A stretch of DNA of 63,658 nucleotides, the filler included, from Sphacelaria rigidula (lineage: Eukaryota), in NCBI GenBank assembly GCA_964200075.2. It is 3 parts of 3 records of this genome, joined end to end, with 100 filler letters (N's around TTAATTAATTAA, not from the genome) between each part and the next. Parts side by side here need not be neighbours in the genome. Positions count along the whole stretch, not along the records: positions 42,540 to 63,658 come from CAXNAA020000462.1; 2 more parts are not named here. One strand, 5' to 3'. Under the pieces are notes generated by a model, which saw only the letters and a program-made list of their open reading frames with translations, was not told where the DNA came from and made no database searches. Each line of letters begins with the position of its first letter. The stretch's first letter is position 1. The translations under genes and the position numbers were made by a program. Below are positions 52,201 to 63,658 of the stretch, piece after piece.

Positions 52201-53276
52201 GGGGTTCGAGTAGAACTCACCACGCCGGCGCATTTGATGTACCTCACGGGATTTCACGTAACGGCGCCACAATCTGAGGGACACGGTACCCGCAGACGCA
52301 AACTTGGAGAGGGGCAACCGAACTGGAGCTGCTTGATTTCACCATACACTTCCAACATGATATCTACATATATATATATATATATATGTGTGTGTATCCC
52401 GTTGTTTCATGTGGAGTAGGGTGTGCACAGCCTTGACCTCACGAGCGTTGTGGTGTGTAAGATTTTTTATCTGCATTCGACACGAGGCGAATTTCGTAAC
52501 ATATAATGGCGCTCTGGTGTAACACCCTCGACCAATGCAAACGTACGTTTACTTCTGAGTTTGCGCTGATAGGGAGCTACCAGACGCCAGCGTTTGCAGC
52601 ATCGGCTCCGGGTGCGTTTTCTGTCGTCTGTCATGTAGCACGAACCTTGTCACACACCGCTCTCCAAGATTGCGCAATAGAGCACACTGTTCTATACGAG
52701 ACAACTTCATACACACAGGGTTCCTTCGATACTGTGTAAGCGCGATACTACTCCTAGTCTGCGTCTGCAGACGTCCACTCTCTTGTTGAGCTGCACTTTT
52801 TGAAGCGAGTAAGACCGTCCGGGGTTCGCTCACACCCTCTGCCTTGATTTATATTTTTTCCCTTCAAGGAACAAGGAAATCCGACTCCACACTCACCCCG
52901 CAATCGCTTCCTTGATGGGCGCGAGTACCCCAAGTGGTGCCCCATCAAATACTCTACAATCATGTAACTCAACTACAAAATAGTATCGTCTTTTTTTAAT
53001 GCTCTCATGCACACAACGAAGTTGGCTCAGCATAAATACGCTAATCAGCCAAACCCTTACGCCCCACCGCCCAATTATCGCTTGGACACGACGTGAGAAA
53101 TACAGGTGGTGAGTGTCCCAACGCAAGTGAACAAGAAGGGCAGGTTCCAAGCGGAGGAGACCGCACCCGACGGGAAGCATGTGCGCTTCAGCGCCGCGCT
53201 GGGCGATCTGGTCCGTCACATCTCCCTTTTGACCCATTTATTCCCGGACACCCCGAAGCGAATAGCTCTAGCGTAG
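46227..53276 (+). CDS. STAT-type linker + SH2 domain protein, C-terminal exons
   Basis: Exons 46227-46498, 47519-47665, 50176-50349, 53106-53276 with phase-0 junctions. Protein: LPWKALYTFSLAEHF..RPLQ|DEDFQTL..GKFWAWFEALTIMLK|HTGHW..EALLRGRPPGTFLMRVSASKNGTLVIMYV..LGDLVRHISLLTHLFPDTPKRIALA*. Confidence 0.88.
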
Positions 53277-54473
53277 GGATTTTATCGTGCTACCCCAACA
53301 CCCTGATGGCGGCAATGTGGCTGATTTTTCGACTCGGCGCCATTCATCGTTTGATAAATTAGTCAAGTTCTGTTCGTCGCCTCTGTTCAGAGGTCATTTG
53401 TGTGAAGTTGGGAGGATCCAGAAGCGACGGTAAGGTAGATCCACGCGCGAAGATGACATGTCTGCAGCAGAGGATTTGCCGGGCTGTGTGTACTGCACTT
53501 GCGTGGTACTGTGTGTACCTTGAAAATATATACTTTCTTGCTGTTGTAGAGTAGTAGAGAGTTGAGGGTGCACTGTAGCGCTGCCCTTCGGCTGCACGCT
53601 ACGGCGCATATGCTGAATAGCTATGCCGTAGCCACAATTACTTCGTCGGGGTCCTCGTGGTCGTCTGCAGCCGTTGATCTGTTTCCCGTACACGAGTTTG
53701 CTCCAAGTTCGGAGATGGGGTACATGTTGAGACCGCGATCATCTTCCAGCGCACGTGAAATAAGCGCAGGTCTTGTATATAGGCGCTCCCTTTTTGTTCG
53801 CGTTGGATTCATGAAGTCGGTATCCCTGAAGATGTGAGACAATGGGCTTTTACGTGGTGTGCACTTCCGTTTGCCGCGGGATATTTTGTCGCTCTTCACA
53901 GCGCCCCCCACGCCGAAATGAGTCGACCGCTTCGGCGAATTTACATAGCATTGCTATCGTATAGTACAGTGCAGAGTAGCAGTGAATTCCCAAGGTGATA
54001 AAGGAGGCCAAAGCACGAATGGTCAAGTATTCACTGGTAGCTGCCGACACACATCATATTCTCGCCCCTTCATGTGGATGCCTCGAGGACGCTTGTCCAA
54101 CCTCTCCCTGGGCTGTCTGATGAGGCAAAAGCCTGATGACAAGAGAACGCTCTTTTTTTTTTGTCCCTTTTGCCGCGAACGCCGAGACATCGACACAGTA
54201 GAAATACCCTGTGGCGCTTTACTGAAACGCCCCCGCCCAACCCCCATACAAACATTTTGACCTGTGATTTCATGCGTACAATATACTCCGGTGTACCGAG
54301 CAACTCAGCACCAGCTCGTCGGGTGTTGCCTTTATATCTCTTGCAATTTCTCCCATTACACCGGCGGTATTGCTGGCGTTTCGCTGTATCCTATTATGGC
54401 ACCGCGCTGTGATATCTGACGAGACTTGTGCTCTATGTCGAATCTCTGAACGAAGATACGAACACCTCCTCCT

Positions 54474-57400
54474 TCACTCATCAGCTAGAGGACCCCGGCC
54501 TTCACTGACTATTTTCCAACTGATCTCTTCGCCAGCTCTGAGAGGCACCACTTTAGTTTGCCCAAACGTGTACGATGCGGGCACCTTCCATGCCTGTTTG
54601 GCAACTGTCACTGTTTCTTCATTGCGGGGGATTCCGTAAAAGTCGGCGCCATGGTGACCGCAGAACGCCGCTAGCCTGCCGTCACGCGGATGCCAGCGGA
54701 ACGAAAAAGCAGTTGGATCGGTGACGTCAACGATATGCGTGCCTGGTTGGAGGCAGTGCAACGCTCAGAACTCGTGAAATATTGAGGGCTTGAAATACCC
54801 AACACGTCAATCTCCCAATCTCCCCGTGTCGGTACTATCGTACGATTGGAAGACGACAAAAACTGGATCCTGGCAACGGAGCGGGGGTGGAGGAATTGCC
54901 TGTCTTGCACTTTTACCACAGAGCCCTGCCATAACCAACGGTGCATTTACTATTTGCTCAGCGACAGACTCCGTGATCGTGCGCTAAATCAGGGGTTCGC
55001 TTTCATACAACTTTCAACGCTACGCTCGCACGGGAGTACCATATATTATTCACATCTACCGTTTGCAGCCTTGTGGCAGTACTGTAGGCGTAAGACTACT
55101 GGCAGCGCCACGAACCTGTCCAGAGCTCCCTCGTCGTCGAAAACTTGACAGTACAGCTCCACGGCGGCGTGACCAGTGAAAATACCGGCGCACCCTGAGA
55201 AAATAAAACGATCGGACGAATGTACCGTGGAGGGTTACTTACTACACGAAAAAAAAGGGCGTGAAGCTGGAAGAGTGTATGTGCGGTGCGAAGCATCTAC
55301 TATTGTTAATGCCTCGATAAAACTTCACAACGTCTTGTGAACATACGGTGTCGAGCTTTTAATCAGGCATTCATGGATTGACCCCTACTCTTCTCCATGC
55401 CTGTCAGTCGGGAAAACGAAAACACATCCGGGGCATCGTGGATACTTTTCCAAACGCAATCACATACGTGGTACAATATGTAAGACTCTCGGCTGTGGAT
55501 GTGGGCACTCGAGTTTCACTGAACTTGCATTTTTGCTCTCCATCCTTCGGTCGCGATAGCTGTGGCGCCCATCTGATATCGAATGCCGTGGTGTTTGGTT
55601 GCGTGTGGAAATGTTCGTCCAGTAGTCGCGAAAAGGTCGCTGGCGACCAGGCTATCGTGCTCATGCAGCGACACCGGAGAGATATCACGCAGTCAAGTTA
55701 CGCCTACTACCTCCGGTCCTGCACATACCATGCCCCATGGTTCCACTCGCAAGATTAAGTATACACCTTGCTGTTGAAGGCATGTTGCACGCCGCTAACC
55801 TCGCCTAATTAGAGGCTACGCCCCGCGATTGCGATCGATCTGAGGATGGCACTGGTCCGTCCCACTGTGCAAAACAATGCACCACTGCCAAGCCGCTGCT
55901 CACCACACGGTGCAATCTTGGCCTCTTGCGCATGAGGTGCACTATCCGTACCCAAGAAGAATTTGGGGTTTCCGCTCGTAGCTGCCTTAACTAGTGCTTG
56001 CCGATGCTCCTCGCGCTTGAGGACGGGGAGGCAGTACATGTGCGGTCGGATTCCTCCCTGGCCAGAAGTATAACAAGAAACACCGCAGTGTGGACGGGAC
56101 ACTCAGTAGCAATAACAGGATATCGACATGAGATAAAACGAGAAACATGCAGCAACAGCAACAAGGTATCGAATTTCGGGGGCTTCGAAGCACCGATCAA
56201 ACAATTCGTGTCACGTTCAAGCTCATGCGGCGTTAACATGTGTCGAGGGCGACGCTAAAAAACAGGGACCAAAAGTAGAAGAGAACTCCATCGATGGCAA
56301 AGTGTACAGTGTGCCGTTGTACTTTGTAGAGTATTATATAGTCAATGGATGTTTTTTACAGTAGTATGGCAACTACTGGTATGAAGTTCTCACCGTACCA
56401 CCGCGCGCACGACAAATGTGCTGTACTTGTGCTGTTTACTACTACATGGACGGTACAAAAATAGCCAATACAAGACGCATTGTACACCGAAAGCCGGTCG
56501 CTCAGGTGGCTCAGTGGGTAACCCCGAAATCTTCCAAGCGTGTGTTGGGTGGGGTATTTCCTACATTGGGGTATTTTAAAAAGTTGTTCTCATGTATGTA
56601 CCCAGATATTGGGTAGAGTATTGCGATCGTACCTACCTCTGCCCAAATATCTGACAAGAGGTTGGAGATCGGACCATCGTAAGGTAAGATTCGGGAGAGT
56701 AAGTATCCGGATGTTTACCCTTCCCAACACACCGTTGAAACCTTCTGATGGCTGGGACGTGGATTTGAATCTCCGTGAAGTCATACAAGCTGGGATTTTT
56801 CTTCATATTATGCCCAATCGTGGAGAGCGACCATGTCGTGAGTACACAACGTACGACTTCACGGTCGACGAGGAAAAGGGGCCGCCGAACCCTCCTCGTA
56901 ATAAAAAGTAAGGCAAGCAAAGCAGAAGGAAAGTGGAGTGCTAAAAACAAATTAAAAATGAAAACATTTCTCCTGCGTAACCCCGGCTGATGCGCCCGCA
57001 TATAGCGAACGATGTACACCTGCATCCAGGATAGCTGGGATGACAGCATACACATCAAAAACATATCTCATTATACTCAATCGATGATATTTTCTCATTC
57101 GCTACTACCAACCTGTACCCTGACACAATAGCGTGCATATTACAGTGGGTACAAGACATGTGGCATGAGGAACGGGTGAGAAAAAGCTTCGCTGTAAAAC
57201 TCGTTAGACAGTACTGGTAGATTATCTAGAAACCCTGTCCTTTTCTGTCATTTCAGATTGTAACTGATTTGAATACTTTTCATTTCTCGAGAAAAAAAGA
57301 CACAAATGGGTACGCCACCACTTGTTTCAGCCCAAACATAGGTACAGGTAACCGCCGCAAGTTGGAGCTGTCCGTGCTAGGCCCAAACCATTGGAAAATC

Positions 57401-59290
57401 AATCGCGATGCGAAGGCAAGACACCCACAGCCCATGCAGAGCATGCAGACCAATTTTCGCGAAAAAAAAGCGCGATTTAGGGCCAAACAGCACCGCGGGA
57501 AACAAGGGCCTTGCAGCGTACCCTATTTTGTCCGACAATGGGGGTAGGTGTACCCAGTAAAAACTAAGTTTATCTTGTACCTCGTTGTGTCTTGTCCTAC
57601 CTCATATCATGTCCGAAGTGTACCTCTATTTGACCAATGTCGCCTATCCACAGCCGCTATTCAACCCCCCGCACGGCACTAAATCGAATGGCCGAAGATC
57701 ATCTCCAACCTTTCTTCTCACCTCTTTGTACGACCTGGAGACTCCAGAGCACACAATTATTTTTACTTTTTTTCACGACCTGGAGACTCAAGGCCCCACG
57801 CTTCTTTTCACCTCTTTCTACAGCCTGGAGACTCAAGACCCCTGCAGAGTGATTAACAGGCGTCTTGCCTTCGCGCCGGGATTGATTCTTGAGTGGTTTG
57901 GACCTAGCACGGACAGCGCCAAGATGCGCGGTTACCTATACATACGTTTGCGCTGAAATAGGTGGTGGTGTGACCACTCTTGTCTTTGCCCATTTTCCAA
58001 ACGTATATCATAGGCAGCGGCAAGATACGTGAATGGCAACACGGTGTTTTATTTGGGAGAAGTAAACGCATCACGGCAGAAATGTGTTTGAACCTACTGA
58101 CAGTGTTCTGCTTCAATTGATACACCACCGGACGCCTCTCGGGCATTTACTTTCATTGCTCCTGATTGCATTATTGCATCTCCCCCCGAGCGGAGTGACG
58201 GGGCGGAACGAACCGGGCGGTCTTTGCGGTACACTAATGTTTTACCTGGAAAATGGCGTTGCGGTTGTAGAGCAGGTGCTGCGGAGTAATGGTAGCTGCC
58301 ACGTTCGCCGGTGCCGACATCACGAACTCCACTGCCTGCGACGTGGTGATGTGCTCCATGACCACTTTCAGCTGCGGTAGACGCGCCACAAGCGGCTGTA
58401 AATGTACATGCAAATACGCTCGTTAGTTTGGTTATTGTTGAGAAGCACACAGCCACGTTCCCACTGCATATACACAGCGACACAGACTGTACAAGGAGCA
58501 ATCAAATTAATGTCGGGTCGATTACAACATAAAACAAACGTGGAAGGTACAAGCGCCAAGAACCGAAGCAGCCATCACACACAGAAATCGATGAGACACA
58601 CGGACGACCTTCCTTGCCTCCAGTTTTCGCAGCGTGATCGCTTAGGCAAGAGGAACCCAGCGTATCCATTGCCACATGATATTTTACCGATTCCTTGAAG
58701 GGGTTCCGCGAATATTCAGCAGCACTTGTGCGGAAACGCCTCTGGATATTGCGATTGGTGAAAAACGCCCGTAACGCAAGTGACAGAAGGTGCCACGTAC
58801 CTTGATCACGTCCTCAATAAAAGTTGCCTCCTTGTCAAATATATCCACTCCAGGCGTCGTCACCTCTCCGTGTATGAGAAGAGGCATCCCCTCTTCTGCC
58901 ATGGTCTGGATATACATTTTCACGGGAAGCATGCACATCGTTAGTAATACACGCAGTGCTTTGCAAGACATGGATGGCGGGTAACAATGAGGGTATGTCG
59001 TCAGCGAGCTCCATGGGCATCACTCACCACATGTTCACCTCACCCGTGGCGTCGAAGCTCCGTCTGACTGAAACGGCACCGCTATCTCGTGTGTATATGA
59101 ATGCACCACAATGGCAGCGGTCAGATTTTCGAAGACGAGCACATTGAAAGTACGTTTCAACGGTGGAAGCTTAGCGCGAAGTTTAATGAACTGTCGGACT
59201 GTCCGTCGGGCTGCATCCACTCACTCGCCTCCATGGTTGGGTAGACCTTGTCAAAATCCGTCACCCCCGAGGCGGAGTTGGTGGTTGCTC
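54474..59290 (-). CDS. pyrC: Dihydroorotase, class II (E. coli PyrC / yeast URA4 type); 5' part missing
   Basis: Exons 59290-59229, 58905-58801, 58395-58246, 56057-55904, 55194-55116, 54675-54474. Motifs [65 protein letters not shown]. Confidence 0.97.
56492..57055 (+). mobile_element. Second SINE copy, interrupted by a small inverted-repeat insert (56540-56732)
   Basis: Colinear with 24370-24735. Insert ends GTGTGTTGGGTGGGGTA / TACCCTTCCCAACACAC. Confidence 0.75.
57308..57976. mobile_element. Non-autonomous element with about 120-bp inverted arms (MULE/foldback-like)
   Basis: 57308-57426 is an imperfect reverse complement of 57859-57976. Three internal 45-bp repeats contain CCTGGAGACTC. 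TSD not resolved. Confidence 0.75.
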
Positions 59291-60614
59291 CTGTTGCCGC
59301 CCACGAAATGAAACAAAACACGGTAGCGACACACACACACGCACGCACACATAGCAGGTTTTCTTAATCTTGACTTAAGACCGGCTGCTGATACCAGCTG
59401 TCACAACAACTCCACACGACCGTGTAGGTACTGACAAGGCACCGTTGTTGCTATTAACAAGAGACATTATGAATTTGCCTGAAAAGGGAACGGTTCACTG
59501 TGACTGCTTTGGTGAAGACCATGAAGCGGTATCCCACGAGGACCGGAAATCGTGAGCAAATCCTTCACATGACCATCATGCACCCCCGCTGGTGACGTGG
59601 TGCAGCCATATCAGGTATAGAATCCTCGGGGGGATGTACTCTTGATCTTGCATGCCATAGTCATCTGACCATTGACCTCGCATCCGTACAAAGCCGGGAC
59701 GGAGCACGCCGGGTATTCGCCGGACCAAGCTCGCAATGAATCACCAAGCGCAAAGCGATATAGAAAAAATCCTCGCGGGGGGTTGTTTTGTCGTTTTGTT
59801 TCGTTTACGGTCCAACAGACTCCAGTAGAGTTTTCATCATAATCATCCGGTTTCATTAGGTGTGGTGAACACTGGCATACTAAAAATGGTGGACATATCG
59901 TACTCGGTCTTTTATCCGCTGCTGTGAGAAAACAGCATTCCAACTCAGGCGCATTCCCCAGCCTGCCTTCCGTAACACCCCCGGACTGTACTTCTGCGTT
60001 TCAGCGCATCGAATCTTCGGGAAAAATTGCAAAAAAATGAATGCAGAGTACGCAAAAATTATCCCGGGATCGACTTGATCAAAATAGACATTCCATGGAG
60101 GAAGCTGAATGAAGTGAAACCACAAACCCGGACCCCCAAACACTGGCAAGTCCGTACACAACTGCTTCTAATTTCACGAACTACAACTCCCTTTGCGGGA
60201 GGGGGGGGGGAGGGGGGGTCATCATACTCGTGTTTATAGATGCTGCAAGTTCAAGACAAGAAATTGACAACGATGAGACACTGTGCTTGAAGATGCACAA
60301 AACCATATCTCAGAAGTAGTTCCAAAAACGAGCCGGATAATCGCCAAAAATTCTGTTCGTCGCGTGCACTGCAACGTATTTTTTTCTAATCGGAAAAAAG
60401 AACTGATGAATGCCCAACGTATTGAAAATTATGCCGAAATAAATTTGACCCAGAACGACGCCTAAAAGTCAAACTCTCTTGGTAACCAACCGGTAAGGCG
60501 ACATTAAAAATTAAGGCGAAGACATGAATACTAAATACTAGTACAACTACCTCTCGATCCTGAAAGTTTGGGGCGAACCGTTGACGCCACTGCAACACAG
60601 CTTCCGGAAAAAAA

Positions 60615-62727
60615 CAGGGCTCTTTACGTTACGTCACGAGTTTAGCTAGGCTAGTACTACGATGGGGGCCTACGCGGTCCCCCACCGTTATAGGTGGGAC
60701 TGGAGGGCCTAACGACCAAAAATCAGCGGCAAACTAAATAAAACATGAGTGCGCAGGAATAATGGACACGTCAGTAGGTGGTCGCACCTGTGCCGAGGCC
60801 CTCACGAGCAGGGCGCACGCTTCCTCACTTGTAAACTTGGTTTACTATGGGACAGCTCTAGCACGGGAGATCGCGCGGTTCTCGACACAGGAAGCAAGCC
60901 AGCCCACGGCACTTCACACCCCCCCGCATACACACAAGATCAAGGTGATTCTATTTCATATTTTCCTGGCGTCGCGCCAGCAGCGAGTAACCCCCCTCCC
61001 AGAGCGCAAAACGCCTCATTTTCGTACGTTTGGGTTTGTTGCGACTCAGTATTACGGTCAAACGAAGAAGGGAAATAGGTTGACCTAGCTTGGGTGTGTG
61101 GGAAGCGCATGCAAGAAACTGCAGTCCAATCCTCTGCTTCGTCGCCGAGTTCTACGCGTTGCGCGATCGGCACTTTTGGGTTGAGGATTAGTATCTAGTG
61201 CTACTAAAGGTCCAGCATCGCAAATTCAAAAACAAACGGTGCGCATGTTGTTTTTTCTCGCCGCAAGTTGTCACGACATGCAATTTGGTTGCGTGTCGGC
61301 AGGCGCTGCTGCTTAGTTCTGTGCGGCTGTGCACAAGAGGCAATTTCGCCTTTCAACAGCGAGTATCCCTTCAAGTGTCGAATTTCAGAGGAGTTCACAG
61401 AAGAGAAACAAAGCTAGCGGCTGCTTCGTGTCAGAGCCCCAGTGCAGAAGCCGAGGCGTCTAGAGCGATTATGTAGTACTTGCACTGCCTGACCATCTGT
61501 TGGCGACGGTTGTGATCATGTACCTTGTAATGGCCTATTTATATACTAATATCAGAGTGAGATGCAAACTATGCGACGGTCGACAGCTTCGTTTTGGGCT
61601 GCATATTTTTTCTCGCAGCGAGCAGTGTGTGATGGTGTTTCACCTTGTGGCGTGCCGCCAGGCGCTGCTTCATTCTGTGCGGCTGTGCACAATGAGCAAT
61701 TAGCCTTCCACAGCGAGTACCCTTCGTGTATTGAGTTGCAGAGGGCGACGTAACACATGAACTTCGGCTGTTGGATCTGAGGGTTCCAGCGGAGAAACCA
61801 GGACGCCACGGGCGATTTTTATTTCAGACTACACCCTGACTATGTATAAACGGGTCAGCAGAGCCACGATGTTCCAACTGACTGCTTGTACATACTGAAA
61901 ATAATATGTAAACCATGCGATTGACACCCACTTGCATCTTCGACCAAATGATATTTTTTGGCATCAATGTCACGAAATTTGCTTTGGTGGCGGTCCGTCA
62001 TATGCTGCTCTGTTCTGTGGGGATGTGTACAAAGGACAATCTCACTTATCATGAGCGAATGCCCTTTCACCCCTTGGCTTGTAGAGGACGAGTTCACCGA
62101 TGAAACACGGCCGTCTTGTGACAGACGTTTTCGAGACAGAACCCAAGGGATGCGCGACGCTGCTGCTCGTGGTATCCAGATTTCCGTACTTCGTTCTAGC
62201 ACCATGTCAGGCACGCCTTTCACTGCAGATGCGTTGGTGTGTGGCGGCCACAAGTGCTGCTGTTCGTCTTCTGTCTTGTTACCTTCGCAATGGTGTTCAA
62301 CGTGCGGTGGCAGCTCGGGGGCGTGCGCTTCCCGAGTACTGTAGTACAGCAGCTGAACACTAGTGCACCAAGAGTTTCTACCCACTGATCTGGAGCGAGT
62401 TATCCGGAGGAGCAATATCATCTCAACACCGAGCACTCACAGGCTTGAAGATATGTTCCATGTTTATAGTGCATTTTATATGAGCCAGGTCGTTGTTTCT
62501 AGGTGACGCATGTATTTTTGATTGATATGATTCGCCTGATTACGGTCCAGTTCTTACGCATATAGCGTTCGTGATCCATTTTCCCGAAATATAGTAGCCA
62601 AAATCGGGCCCCAGTCCCACCCATAACCGTAGTACTAGGCAGGCCCGACGCTTAATTTGATTTGACTTGACTTTACACAGGGCTCTGCGTGTAACGAAAT
62701 TTGTGACGTGTAACGTAGAGAGCCCTG
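60615..62727. mobile_element. Copy of the 44504 hAT MITE split by a nested insertion
   Basis: Left part 60615-60688 and right part 62626-62727 match the 44504-44732 element. Confidence 0.88.
60689..62625. mobile_element. 1.94-kb TIR element with 5-bp TSD, superfamily unknown
   Basis: Ends TATAGGTGGGACTGG / CCAGTCCCACCCATA. ACCGT lies on both flanks but occurs once at this site in the intact MITE. Confidence 0.82.
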
Positions 62728-63658
62728 AAAAAACAGAAAACAAAAATTGCAAAGTCAATCCCTTCCAGTGTTGTTCCTTTTCAATATTAGGGAGGCATTG
62801 TACTGAAATTATTATTCATTATCCGCGGCGTCAACCAGAGACGGTCATACTCTAAGGCCTAAAATATGGTGAGACTAAAGGGGGCGGACGTCCTTGGAAA
62901 AGAGGTCTCCACATCAGTACGAATACCTGGCGCTACAGACCAGCTTTCGCGCGTGTGACGGCCGGATGGGAAAGGATACCGATCACTACGAATGCAGAAA
63001 GCCTTTATTGCACGACATGTATCCGCGCAATGTAATCCCCGACGAAGTTGACATTGTGTGTTTCTAGTGCCAGTACAACGAGTACTGTAGAACTGACTGT
63101 ACGATGCGAGGCACGCCTCGACAGGGCTAGAATATCCGCGATCCATTCGTGCAAAAAAAAAATGCAACTCGCACTCTGTCCTATTCTGGAACCAAGTAGA
63201 AAACTCTGCACAAGAGTGATCACGCGCCTGCCAGAGAAGGATAAACATCTTCACGTGGGAGCACACTACGCAAGAATATCTGATTGATTCTGATAGAAGA
63301 AAACTACAGCAACTACCCCTGTCATTTCCAGACCGTCGTGGTAACGCCCACGCTAAGTCTGGCACTGTGAGGGAGGAGAAGTTGCCGCCTGCCCGAGCAG
63401 GTCAGCAGTGGTCCCTGACAGAAGATACTCGTCTCCTTGGCTGCGTTGTGCGGCCGCGTCTTGCTCGGCACGGCGTGTAAAACTCAGGGGCATCTGCCTC
63501 TAACATATGGAGAGCCTTAACTAGTGGTTATTTCCGGCCTTGGTGCCAGCCTCGACCAACAGGGGGGCGATGTGAACAACAAGGATGGCAAGATCTACTC
63601 CTGTCCCCGCGCGGATTCATATCGTTACCCTCTAGAACTGTCATCAGAAAGTGTTCTT

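Noticed and set aside
53995-54120. Extra terminal exon of the SH2 gene
   Set aside because: Read-through of exon 53106 already gives the STAT-like LFPDTPK ending and a stop at 53274.

Overview
Eukaryotic, intron-rich, transposon-rich DNA. Gene structure and repeat style suggest a stramenopile, probably a brown alga (inference). The window is three contigs (1-21175, 21276-42439, 42540-63658; 21175, 21164 and 21119 bp) joined by artificial N44-TTAATTAATTAA-N44 linkers, so adjacency across linkers means nothing. Six host genes, all partial, were rebuilt by hand from splice sites and reading phase. Contig 1 holds a glucose/sorbosone dehydrogenase-family gene (-) and an OAC1/SLC25A35-like mitochondrial carrier (+). 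Contig 2 holds a choline/ethanolamine kinase (+), a PDZ-like + FKBP isomerase (-) and an intron-containing hAT transposase pseudogene. Contig 3 holds a class II dihydroorotase (-) and, most notably, a gene (+) ending in a STAT-type linker + SH2 domain with no phosphotyrosine tail, whose more tentative upstream exons resemble the GxP region of a STAND/NB-ARC ATPase. The rest is RTE-type LINE remnants, a tRNA-derived SINE, several hAT and Tc1/mariner MITEs, nested insertions and minisatellites. Two GC-AG introns are predicted. All calls are by eye; no searches were run.
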